Assembly: GCA_965224085.1 (NCBI GenBank) | Contig: CBDCYI010000011.1 | Location: 768,001 to 832,000, forward strand | Direction: 5' to 3' | From: Candidatus Marinacidobacterales bacterium | GTDB lineage: Bacteria; Acidobacteriota; Vicinamibacteria; Marinacidobacterales; SMYC01 | DNA: 64,000 nt | Part shown: positions 19,930 through 28,898 of the stretch, piece by piece | Layout of the letters: each line of letters begins with the position of its first letter | Numbering within the stretch: the first letter of the stretch is position 1 | Made by a program: the position numbers and the translations under genes | Notes under the pieces: generated by a model | The model's database searches: none | What the model was told of the DNA's origin: nothing | Seen by the model: only the letters and a program-made list of their open reading frames with translations

Positions 19930-20240
19930 CTCCGTCGTCCACTCGACGGCGTTCGAGGCAAAGTCCGGACTCCGGCTGCTCGAATCCTGCCGTCTTCGCA
20001 TTAAGGATATCGACCTCGATCACCGAGAGATAATTGTCCGAAGCGGAAAAGGGGAGAAGGATCACTTGACGATGTTGCCTCTCAAACTCATCGAGCCGAT
20101 CAAAAACCAGCTCCGTTGGATGCAACGCGTAAACACGGCCGATTTGAAAAAGGGCGCCGGATTCGTTAGATTCTCGTCGCTGGGAGATCCATTGCCACCC
20201 CCAGGCGGTCGCGGCGCCTCGGTATTTTACGTCGCAGAGC
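19930..20240 (+). pseudogene. intI: Integron integrase remnant, partly inverted
   Basis: SGLRLLE.CRLRIKDID..RSGKGEKD on +. The integron-specific segment ALRRKY..AWGWQWI(F)PATR lies on - at 20171-20240. Confidence 0.85.
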
Positions 20241-20377
20241 CTGATCGCAGTGTCGGTCCTGCTCATCGTCCTGATCGCACGGATCGTTGTAGAAGAGAAG
20301 ACCTGCGGAAGACGTTGCCGGGCTACAACGAGTACGTGAAGAAGGTACGGTACCGGCTTGTGCCATTCGTCTGGTAG
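20241..20377 (+). pseudogene. 3' remnant of an isoprenylcysteine-carboxyl methyltransferase-family cassette gene
   Basis: RIVVEE / EDLRKTLPGYNEYVKKVRYRLVPFVW* C-terminal signature with a frameshift; followed by an attC. Confidence 0.65.
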
Positions 20378-20416
20378 TAGTATGCAGCAGCTTACTGACA
20401 GGTAGTGCGATTTGGC

Positions 20417-20536
20417 GCCTAACTACGCGATCGAGCGGGCGGCACCAAGACTTCGTGCAGCCGTGAGACCCTTGGTCGGTGCGTCGAGCCTTCGACGAGG
20501 ATCTTGCCGTGCCGCCGCTCATCCGGACTGTTAGGG
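20417..20536 (+). repeat. attC site 1
   Basis: R'' GCCTAAC..GATCGAGCGGGCGGCAC..GTGCCGCCGCTCATC..GTTAGGG R'. Confidence 0.88.
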
Positions 20537-21513
20537 CGCAATGATCATGACGGTGCGTACTCGGACCCGCTGGTCGGAGACCTCACCCTGCCACCCGCGC
20601 CGAGCGGGTCGAGAATCTCGAAGTGGCCCAGGCGACGGCCGGATTCGAGCACCATTGGCCGTCAGTTATAGCAGATCACCCGCCAGGTGATCCTCCGGAT
20701 GGCTTTGGATCGGAGGTTTCGAGGTGTCCGGCCTGCGGGTGCTCACCTCCTCGGTGCACACGTGTGCACTCGAGCCGGGTTCGGGATAGCGCCTCACTCG
20801 CCTATTCCGTGAACGCGCTTCTAGCGTGTTTACTTCCTGTCGGTCGCACCAATTGGAGAGCCAGTCGGCAAAGCCGCTCTCCGGTTTGGGCGGTTTCGGG
20901 GACGGCGGCCCGTCGAAGATATCGGCGATGACTTCATCGCGCCAAGATTCGTCATCCTCGTCGTCGCACTCGGGTCGGTTCATACCTAGCGCGTTTCTGA
21001 GTCAGCCGGGCAAGCCAGCCGTGGAATTTCTCAGGAAAGAATACGTCGAGGGGCGGTTCGAAGGGCTAGGCGAGATCGCGACACAGTACTACGGTTACCG
21101 GCCTGATGATGAGGCGTTAGCACCTTACTTTTCGCTCGCGGCCGAACTCGACCTACCAGCACATATCCATACGCTCGGCATCGGAGCTCCGCTGCCTACG
21201 TTTCGGTCGTCAGCTGGGAATCCGCTCTTACTCGAGGAGGTGCTCGCGCGTCACTCTAATCTGAGGCTCTTCGTCGAGAATTCCGGTTTCCCCTTCACGC
21301 AGGAGTGGGTAGCGATGACTTACCAGTATCCGCAGCTCTACGGAGAGGTTTCGACCGCCACATGGATTGTCGATCGAAACGCCTTTTACAGACATCTTCG
21401 CACACTCGTTGAATCGGGCCTCTCGAAACGCATCATGTTCGGCTCCGATCAGATGCAATGGCCGGAAACCATCGGTATAGCGGTTGAGGCCATTCAATCT
21501 GCGGGTTTCTTAA

Positions 21514-21702
21514 CCCTAATCGCAAATAAACGTCACCGTGTCTGAGGTCTTTGGCCCCGTGAATAGCACCTTTTCCAGGTTCTGCATACACCGTGCAGAA
21601 TCACCTATAGTGGCGGCGAGCGGGTGCCCCAGCACGAGCTTCTCGCCTGCGCCCAGTGCGGCTGTTTCGCGTTTTCGTGCTTCGAAGATTTTGCGATTAG
21701 GG
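21514..21702. mobile_element. 189-bp MITE with IS1380-type ends
   Basis: Perfect 13-bp TIR CCCTAATCGCAAA; TTAA on both sides (21510-21513, 21703-21706). Confidence 0.85.
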
Positions 21703-21706
21703 TTAA

Positions 21707-23215
21707 CCCTAATCGCAAAAAAAAGAGAGCAAAGTAGCGCGAAAGTATTGACAAAGGAGCCTCTGGGTTTATGTTTGGAGCGTTGCTTCCAAACAAAACC
21801 CCAAACGACCAGAGGCCCCTATAGTGCGCTTGAAACTATCTCGATTTCGCCGGAACTTCAACAAGGATCTTCCGATCGAGTTCACAGAGCAGAACCTGAG
21901 CTCGTTTGGTGGACTGGAACTGTTTTCACGATATTTGCGCCGGGTTGAGCTAAGCCGCCGGGTAGGAAAGGCGTGCAGAGGAAAAGGCATTCGGTCGGAC
22001 TACGGGAGCGTCCGACTGGTTCTGGTGTTGGTTGGGATGCTGCTCGTGGGAGCTCGTCGTCTAGAGCACCTGCAGTATGTCTGTGATGACCCGATGCTGC
22101 TTCGCTTCTGTGGGTTGAGAAGACTACCGAGCCGTCCGACGATCGTGAATTGGCTGAAGCAATTCACGGGAGAGCGGCTCAAGGGCCTATCGGAGTTGAA
22201 CGGTGTATTGGTCCACGAGCAGATCGAGCGATTGGGTCTGAACCGTCTGACGGTAGATATGGACGGCACCGTGGTTCAGGCAGGCAATCAGGTTGGATGG
22301 GCGTTTCGAGGATTCAATCCTCATCGCAAGAAGAATAAAAGTTACTACCCTTTGTTCGCTCACCTGGCTCAGACGGGCCAGATTCTCAAATCCAGAAATC
22401 GTCCTGGCAACGTTCACGACTCCAAGGGTGCCGATGCGTTTCTACGGGAGCTGATAGGCGAGCTACGGGGCCAGTTCGGTCGGTCCCGAAAGCTGGAATT
22501 CCGCACGGATGCCGCGTTTTTCAACGAAAAGATTCTCAAGAGGCTAGAGCGCTCCCGAAGCGAGTTCGCGATCAAGGCTCCGTTCTGGCCGTGGCTCGGC
22601 CTAAAGGAGGTCGTCGCTGGGCGCAAGCGATGGCACCGCGTGAGTGACGAAATCGATGGCTTCTCCATCAAACACTTCATCGAGCCCTGGAATATCACCG
22701 TCCGGATCGCGACCTATCGGAAGCGAGTTCGACATCGAACGCCGAAAAACTTCCAGCTCGACCTGTTTTCTCCAGACGACGGCTACTTCGAGTACTCAGC
22801 CGTCGCCACCAACAAATCGCTCACCGTCCAACGCCTTTGGTACTTCGCTGCTGGGCGAGGCGGCCAAGAGAAAACCTTCGCCGAATTGCGCAGCCAGTTC
22901 GCTCTCGACGTCGTGCCCACTAAAAGCTATGCCGCCAATAGCGCCTGGCAACAGTTGAACGTGCTCGCACACAACCTGTGTCGCAGCTTTCAGCTCGACA
23001 CCATCGCCGAAACGAAAGGCATCTCTCGAAAGCGTACATGCACCCATCTGCTGCACACCATCCGCACCATCCGCTTCCGCATCATCAACAAAGCCGGCCG
23101 CCTCGTTCGCGTTAGTGGTCGAAACGCGCTCCGAATGGCCACAAACTCCTCCACTCAGACACTCTTTGAAAGAATCGAACTCGCGCTAGCGTCATGAATT
23201 ATTGTTCAATTAGGG
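21707..23215 (+). mobile_element. IS1380-family insertion sequence
   Basis: IRL CCCTAATCGCAAAA, IRR TTGTTCAATTAGGG, flanking TTAA duplications. Confidence 0.9.
21824..23197 (+). CDS. IS1380-family DDE transposase
   Basis: SSFGGL, VDMDGT, RPGNVH, RTDAAF, RGGQE motifs; 457 aa. Confidence 0.9.
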   Translation: MRLKLSRFRRNFNKDLPIEFTEQNLSSFGGLELFSRYLRRVELSRRVGKACRGKGIRSDYGSVRLVLVLVGMLLVGARRLEHLQYVCDDPMLLRFCGLRRLPSRPTIVNWLKQFTGERLKGLSELNGVLVHEQIERLGLNRLTVDMDGTVVQAGNQVGWAFRGFNPHRKKNKSYYPLFAHLAQTGQILKSRNRPGNVHDSKGADAFLRELIGELRGQFGRSRKLEFRTDAAFFNEKILKRLERSRSEFAIKAPFWPWLGLKEVVAGRKRWHRVSDEIDGFSIKHFIEPWNITVRIATYRKRVRHRTPKNFQLDLFSPDDGYFEYSAVATNKSLTVQRLWYFAAGRGGQEKTFAELRSQFALDVVPTKSYAANSAWQQLNVLAHNLCRSFQLDTIAETKGISRKRTCTHLLHTIRTIRFRIINKAGRLVRVSGRNALRMATNSSTQTLFERIELALAS

Positions 23216-23327
23216 TTAACTGCCGAGCAGAAGGCGGACATTTTCTACAACAATGCGGCTCGTTTCCTGCGTTTGAGCGAAGAAGAGATCAACACGCATC
23301 GTGGACATTGAAGTCTAAAGGAGGGCC

Positions 23328-23443
23328 GTCTAACCATGAGTTCGAGCGGACGGCACAGAGCCTTCGGCAAAGTATGAGGCATCCTGAAACGGTTAGGTCG
23401 CGGGGGCGCCTCCACCGTGCCGCCGCTCAACTCAACGTTCGGC
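23328..23443 (+). repeat. attC site 2
   Basis: GTCTAAC..TTCGAGCGGACGGCAC..GTGCCGCCGCTCAAC..GTTCGGC. Confidence 0.9.
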
Positions 23444-23501
23444 GGACACGAGATGTTCGCTGCGTTTCTAATTCTGTAGGAGCACTGACGAAGAGCAAAG
23501 G

Positions 23502-23880
23502 ATGAATCCAGATCAAAGCAATGGGTTCACTCGGGTTCTCAAGAGCTGGGACGTGCTCGCGCTGTCGTTTGGCGCGATGATCGGATGGGGCTGGGTACTA
23601 CTGTCGGGAAACTGGATCGTACGCGGGGGCAGTCTCGGCACGGTGGTTGCCTTCGCGGTCGGGGGTGGCGCCGTAGTATTGATTAGTCTCTTGTACGCGG
23701 AGCTCGCTGCGGCCATGCCGAAGGTTGGCGGAGAGCACGTCTACACGCATCGAGCCTTGGGTCCCGGCGCGTCGTTCGTTTGTACTTGGGCGATTCTTAT
23801 GGCGTACGTGGGTATTTGCCTGTTCGAAGCCGTCGCACTACCCACCGCGCTCGTATATCTCGTCCCAGCAATTCGCTCTC
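23502..23880 (+). pseudogene. APC-family amino acid permease cassette gene, truncated
   Basis: FGAMIGWGW, YAELAAAMPKVGGE; similarity lost after about 125 aa. Confidence 0.8.
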
Positions 23881-23961
23881 CGACCTGTGATCTTCTGCAG
23901 CTGTCTTCTGGTCATTATCTTTGAGTCTCCTCAGACCGCAGACGCAACGTGGCGTCAGGCT

Positions 23962-24079
23962 GCCTAACGTTGCGTTGAGCGGCGGCACTGCCGTAAGAGC
24001 CGCCGATGCCGACGCTCGTACAAAGTATCTCATGCCTTCACGAAGGCTCGGTGCCGTCTGCTCGAACGCTTTGTTCGGC
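23962..24079 (-). repeat. attC site 3 (inverted relative to the array)
   Basis: Minus strand reads GCCGAAC..TTCGAGCAGACGGCAC..GTGCCGCCGCTCAAC..GTTAGGC. Confidence 0.88.
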
Positions 24080-24117
24080 GGCGCCCTAAAGACGAGGTTC
24101 GCTTCTCCCTGTCCCAT

Positions 24118-24355
24118 CTCTGAGGCTTATTTCCCACGGGCGGTGCCCAACTGGCTGGAGTACCGATCGAAGTACCACACGACGACGGCGCAATTGGCTG
24201 AGATCGCGAACAAGGCACAGCCGAAACTGCTCATCCTCTATCACCGTGGGGTGGGTCGCGCATCGGGCGACATCTCCGATGCGCAGTACCTCTCCGAGAT
24301 TCAACGGACCTATCGCGGTAGGACCGTCATTGGGAACGATTTGGACGTGTACTGA
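24118..24355 (+). pseudogene. 3' remnant of an MBL-fold (RNase Z-like) metallohydrolase cassette gene
   Basis: YHTT..LAEIA..PKLLILYH..GNDLDVY*. Confidence 0.7.
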
Positions 24356-24456
24356 TTAGCCCATTTAATCGTTCGTCTAGGCAAACATACTCAGATTCTG
24401 GTGCCGACGAAAACAAAGTCGTCGTCCGTTAAGCTTCGGTGTTGCGATTCGGGGCT

Positions 24457-24589
24457 GCCTAACAACGGGATCGAGCGGTCGTGGCCTCTCTTTTCGAGTA
24501 ACGTATGGTGTGTATAGCAGGGAGTCGCTTCGAGTGAGCGTGTGCTGGGCCTCCAGGACTGGCCACGCCGCTCATCCCGCGCGTTATAC
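24457..24589 (+). repeat. attC site 4
   Basis: GCCTAAC..GATCGAGCGGTCGTGGCC..GGCCACGCCGCTCATC..GTTATAC. Confidence 0.88.
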
Positions 24590-24640
24590 CGATGAACCAT
24601 TTGACTGACCGTTATCTTTGACGATGAGAGGAGCAATCTT

Positions 24641-25492
24641 ATGGGCACCACCCTAGTGATTGGGGCGACGGGTAAGGTGGGGCGCGAGGTTGTCGCGCAG
24701 TTGTCGGCGAAAGGAGAGCAGGTTCGAGCGGCAACGCGAGATCCAGCTGCTGCCAAGTTCCCCAAAGGTGTTTCCGCAGTGCGGGTATCCCTGGAGCGGA
24801 AAGAAGACTTACGAAACGCACTCGCGGGTGCCGACCGATTTTTTATGTTGGCGCCGGACGGCGACAAAGAGCCAGATACAACCGTGGGTCGGATCGTCGA
24901 GGAGTGTAAAACGTCGGGAATCGACACGATCGTACTCATGACTGCAATGGGCGTCGATCAGAGTGACAATCCGTTTTCGCGAGCTGAGCGTATCGTCTCT
25001 GAGAGCGCGCTGCGCCACACGTTCATTCGTCCGAACTGGTTCATGCAGAACTTCAGTATTGGCATGTTTGCTCAGTCTATCCGCGATTCAGGAGACATCT
25101 CTCTCCCCGCGGCAGACGCGAAGGTCAGCTTCGTCGACACCCGAGATATTGCAGCCATGGCTGTTGCATCGTTGATTGAAGGCGGGCATGAGGGCATTGG
25201 TTACACAGTGACTGGTAGCCGCGCCATGACACACACGGAGGTCGCAGACATCATCTCAAACGTCTCTGAAAAATCGGTGAGGTATACGAGCATCACGGAT
25301 GACGACTTGCGAGCGTACGCCGCCCAACAGGGGCACGCTCCAGCCGATATCGAGTATTTCGTGTCCTTCTTTCAACCGATGCGTGACGGATTGTACGAGC
25401 CTATTTCTCCCGATGTGTCGACGGTCTTAGGTCGGCCCCCGATTACCTTCGAGCAACACGTTCAGGAGTTCACGGCTCGTTGGCGGAGCTAG
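24641..25492 (+). CDS. NmrA-like/atypical SDR oxidoreductase (intact cassette)
   Basis: GATGKVG, RPNWFMQN, SFVDTRDIA; cassette ends GTTATACCG and CGGTATAAC are complementary. Confidence 0.88.
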   Translation: MGTTLVIGATGKVGREVVAQLSAKGEQVRAATRDPAAAKFPKGVSAVRVSLERKEDLRNALAGADRFFMLAPDGDKEPDTTVGRIVEECKTSGIDTIVLMTAMGVDQSDNPFSRAERIVSESALRHTFIRPNWFMQNFSIGMFAQSIRDSGDISLPAADAKVSFVDTRDIAAMAVASLIEGGHEGIGYTVTGSRAMTHTEVADIISNVSEKSVRYTSITDDDLRAYAAQQGHAPADIEYFVSFFQPMRDGLYEPISPDVSTVLGRPPITFEQHVQEFTARWRS

Positions 25493-25550
25493 CACGCGAC
25501 GCATATTTGAGGTGTGGGCCGTCGGAGTCGTGTCACATTTGTGAGTGACG

Positions 25551-25675
25551 GTATAACAAGGCGATCGAGCGGACGGCACAGAGCCTTGGGGTGGGTGACG
25601 GTTTGCGCAATCGGTAGGTAGGCGTGAGCTTCGGTCCGCGCCTACGCCGTGCCGCCGCTCAACTCCACGTTAGCC
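25551..25675 (+). repeat. attC site 5
   Basis: GTATAAC..GATCGAGCGGACGGCAC..GTGCCGCCGCTCAAC..GTTAGCC. Confidence 0.9.
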
Positions 25676-25762
25676 ATGAAATTTCGGCACTGAAGCACCG
25701 CGCTGAACCGGAACAAGACGACGCGTTTGTGGCGACCTGGCCAACAGAGAGATACTGGGACT

Positions 25763-25996
25763 ATGAGTAAACCGGCGTTGGACATCGAGAGGATGAGCCC
25801 GGAGGAGCGTCTCGAATTGTTGGAGCAACTATGGGACAGCCTGCGGAAAGAGCCATCCAGCGTTCCTTTAACCGAGGCACAGCGGGAAGAATTGGACCGT
25901 CGTCTAGACGATTTGGAAACGGACATCGAGAGTGGAGCGCCCCTCGGGATTCCTTGGGATGAGGTTTTGCATCGCATTCGGAATCGCTCTCGTTGA
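25763..25996 (+). CDS. Addiction-module antitoxin (TIGR02574-like)
   Basis: MSPEERLELLEQLWDSL..ELDRRL..IPWDEV. Confidence 0.85.
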   Translation: MSKPALDIERMSPEERLELLEQLWDSLRKEPSSVPLTEAQREELDRRLDDLETDIESGAPLGIPWDEVLHRIRNRSR

Positions 25997-26286
25997 ATCC
26001 CGTCATAATCCGACCCGCTGCGGCGGCAGAGATCGACGAGGCGCACCTGTGGTACGAATCTCAACGGACCGGCTTGGGCGATGAATTCCTTGCAGAGGTC
26101 AACGGAACGCTCGATAGGATCCGAGAAATGCCGGAACTCTACGCCGTGTTGAGACGAGATACACGTCGGGCGATGCTTGTTAGGTTTCCGTATTCACTGC
26201 TCTATCGGCTGGTCGACGACAATGTGATCGTGGTTGCCTGCTTCCATGGGAAACGCGACCCGAAGCGGTGGCACAACCGGACGTGA
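25993..26286 (+). CDS. RelE/ParE-family toxin
   Basis: WYESQRTGLGDEF, RFPYSLLY, HGKRDP; overlaps the antitoxin stop. Confidence 0.85.
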   Translation: MNPVIIRPAAAAEIDEAHLWYESQRTGLGDEFLAEVNGTLDRIREMPELYAVLRRDTRRAMLVRFPYSLLYRLVDDNVIVVACFHGKRDPKRWHNRT

Positions 26287-26287
26287 T

Positions 26288-26406
26288 GGCTATCTATGAA
26301 TTCGAGCGGACGGCACACAGGCTGCGGTCAAGGCATGAGACATTTTGAAACCCGTGCGGCTTCGGCAGCGACGTCGCCGTGCCGCCGCTCAATTCAACGG
26401 TTCTGT
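26288..26406 (+). repeat. attC site 6 with mutated R'' core
   Basis: GGCTATC (expected GGCTAAC)..TTCGAGCGGACGGCAC..GTGCCGCCGCTCAA..GTTCTGT. Confidence 0.85.
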
Positions 26407-26423
26407 GGACTAGGCGATTGCTG

Positions 26424-26693
26424 ATGCCGTAACTCTCGCGCTTCTTTGGGATCGTGATCCGGATGTTTGTCGAGGTCGGTGGGAGTCATCACCTTGCTCA
26501 CCTGCACGCGTATTGTCAGGAGCACGTCGGAATCTATGGAATCGATCCGATCGAATTGATTGCCGGATCGCTCCCAAAACGTCAGGAGCGCCTTGTCCTT
26601 GCCTGGGCAGAGCTCCACAGGGACGAGTTGCTTTCGAGTTGGAAGACTTTGCAAGAAGGCCGCCCACCCTCTAAGATTGAACCATTGAGGTAG
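26424..26693 (+). pseudogene. DUF4160-family toxin with a nonsense codon at position 3
   Basis: ATG CCG TAA then LSRFFGIVIRMF..HLHA..WAELHRDEL..IEPLR. Confidence 0.8.
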
Positions 26694-26700
26694 CAATTCC

Positions 26701-26932
26701 ATGAGCCATGAGATCCACCGGGTCACCAATGTCGAAACGGTCGCGCCGTTCACGCTCCGCGTGGCGTTCGAGGATGGAACGTCACAAGTAATCGACTTCC
26801 GGCCTGTCCTGCACGGAGAACTCTATGGCCCTCTTCAGGATCAGGCGTTTTTTGATAAGGTTCGAATTGATCCAGAGGCTCACACGCTCGTTTGGCCGAA
26901 TGGCGCCGATTTTGACCCTCGCGCAGATTGCC
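26701..26932 (+). pseudogene. DUF2442-family antitoxin, 3'-truncated
   Basis: FEDG..DF..WPNGADFDP, then reads into the attC without a normal stop. Confidence 0.7.
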
Positions 26933-27037
26933 ACATAACAGTTCGTTCCCGCGGACGGCGCCGAGTCTTCGGGAGGGGCCAGGGAATACTGGTTGGTCTT
27001 CGCGTTCGGTAGATGAATCGAGGCGCCGCCGCTGAAC
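26933..27037 (+). repeat. attC site 7, truncated (R' lost)
   Basis: ACATAAC..GCGGACGGCGCC..GGCGCCGCCGCTGAAC, then IS200-derived sequence. Confidence 0.75.
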
Positions 27038-27495
27038 CCAGTCTTTAATCCCACCATCTGAACGATTCTGCAGGCTCCGAGCCTTGCTTGGATACCGCGT
27101 AGCGGTTTCGTTCAACAGCGGGATGTGGTCCGGTTGCGCGTTGCCTTCTATCAGTTCTACTCCTCACCTGTGTATGAGCATCCCTCCCAAGTACAGCGTA
27201 TCTCACACGATCGGTTTTCTGAAAGGGAAGAGTGCGGTACGCATCCACCGAGAATTGCTGAAAGAACGTCGTATGACGGGCTTGCATTTTTGGGCGAAGG
27301 GGTACTGTGTGAGTACGGTTGGCCTTTACGAGGAGCGAATAAGAAAGTACATCCGGGAGCAAGAAAAGCTTGAGTCTCGCCAAGGTGATCTCGACCTGAG
27401 TTAACGAGAGACGGCCCCAACGGGGCCTTCCCAACGTCATCGGCCCCCTCGGGGGGGCCTTCCTAAACCCACGCCCTATGGCGTGGTGGGTTAGT
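27038..27495 (+). mobile_element. tnpA: Scrambled IS200-family element (tnpA pseudogene)
   Basis: HLCMSIPPKY..FWAKGYCVSTVG..KYIREQ on + (27165-27404); left end and GVELIEGNAQPDHI on -; right-end hairpins at 27412-27492. Confidence 0.85.
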
Positions 27496-27511
27496 GTCTC
27501 ACTCGGGGATG

Positions 27512-28070
27512 GTTGAAACCCCTCGCCTTCAGGCGAAGCCTTTAGGAGGCTTGCGGTACGATCCCCGGATGAAAGGATATCGGAAATCATCGCACACGAC
27601 GTATCAATTAAACTACCATTTCGTATTCATCCCGAAGTACCGCAAGCCGGTATTGAGAGGAGATGTAGCACTTCGCCTGCGGGAGTTGATAAGAGAGATC
27701 TGTGCGACGCACCACATAGAAATACTGAAGGGCCATGTACGGCCAGAGCACGTTCATCTGTTGCTGAGCGTGCCGCCACGGCTGTCGCCGAGCCGAGTAA
27801 TGCAGGCGATCAAGGGGAAGACATCGCACAAGCTGATGCGTGATTTTCGAGCGATCCGCAAGAAGTTTTGGGGTCGGCACCTGTGGGCGCGCGGCTATTT
27901 TGTAGCGACGAGCGGAAACGTGACCGATGAGGTTGTGGCCAAGTACATCGAGCTGCAAGGAGAGCTGCCGGAAGACGACGAGTCGTTCAGGGTAAGCGAG
28001 TAATCCTCCGCCGTGCGCCTTTAGGCGACTTTAGTCGCCCGCGAACCCATCGCCTTTAGGCGATGGAGCG
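27512..28070 (+). mobile_element. IS200-family element
   Basis: Subterminal hairpins TCGCCTTCAGGCGA (27523-27536) and CCATCGCCTTTAGGCGATGG (28047-28066); ends approximate. Confidence 0.85.
27569..28003 (+). CDS. tnpA: IS200/IS605 Y1 transposase
   Basis: YHFVFIPKYR, EHVH (HUH), LWARGYF, KYIELQ. Confidence 0.93.
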   Translation: MKGYRKSSHTTYQLNYHFVFIPKYRKPVLRGDVALRLRELIREICATHHIEILKGHVRPEHVHLLLSVPPRLSPSRVMQAIKGKTSHKLMRDFRAIRKKFWGRHLWARGYFVATSGNVTDEVVAKYIELQGELPEDDESFRVSE

Positions 28071-28852
28071 CACCCGCTCAGTCCCGTCGAGACAAAAGTT
28101 CAGCGCGATAGCGTGTCGTGGCCGCTCGGATTTGTTGGGCGGCGAGCCGTGGATCGTGAGCGGATGGTGGAACGACGCTTCGCCTTTCCCGAGCGTCATC
28201 GGAACGGGCGTGAAGGCTTCGAGCTGCGCGGTTGTCAACACCTTGCGGATCGCGTCCATATCCCCGGTGAGACCCGTGATCGGAAGAGGATCCCAAAGAT
28301 GGCTCTTCGGGACATAGTGCAGGGTCCCGCTCGCTTCATCGACGTCGTCGAGCGGGATCCAGCACGTCAAATGCGCCATCGGCTGGGTCCTCGTCCAATA
28401 CGAGTAGTCTTGATGCCAGGCGACGGATCCCCCGCGCGCGTCTGGCTTGACAAAAAGCTGGTCGTTCCAGAAGCGGACGGCGACACCGAGAAGCTGACTC
28501 GCCGGGACGGCGATGGCGAGGTTCCAGAGTAGGTCGTGAAAGGTGGGCGCTATGCGCCACGCCCCGAGTGCGTGCGTCAGGACCTGCTCGGGATGTTCGG
28601 ACTCGTTCGCGTGGAATTCGTGAAAGAGCTCGTGCCCGGAGTGCTCGAGGTCGAGAAGCGGCTCGAGCTCGAGGCGAAGCTGCTCGACCTGCTGGTCGGT
28701 GAGTACGCGAGTGCCGGTGCAGAAGCCGCGCGCGTGAAAGGCTCTGACGTCGTCATCGGAAAGGCGGGAAAGGCGTTCACTGCGTTCGCTGCGAGAAGTA
28801 GCGACAGATCGCTCAGCGGAGATGATTGATATGAGAGGTCGTCCGTACCCAT
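28056..28852 (-). pseudogene. Phytanoyl-CoA dioxygenase-family gene, frameshifted near 28803 and 3'-truncated at IS200
   Basis: HALGAWR, DQLFVKP, AWHQDYSYW, HHPLTIHGS. Confidence 0.8.
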
Positions 28853-28898
28853 GGCCGGTGCTATTTTATCCGGTTGCCGGACATGGCATAATTCTTAG

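Larger units (their letters stand above)
20970..23311 (+). pseudogene. Amidohydrolase-family cassette gene, 5'-damaged and interrupted by a MITE and IS1380
   Basis: GEI, HIHT and MFGSDQMQWP motifs; removing the inserts restores ..SAGFL-TAEQKADIFYNNAARFL..*. Confidence 0.85.

Noticed and set aside
20666-20983. 105-aa minus-strand ORF as a real gene
   Set aside because: It overlaps the amidohydrolase remnant and is more likely rearranged debris; no family assignable
20417-27037. Dispersed repeats as a CRISPR array or REP elements
   Set aside because: Spacing is gene-sized, and the repeats have AAC/GTT cores and L-box arms typical of attC; no cas genes
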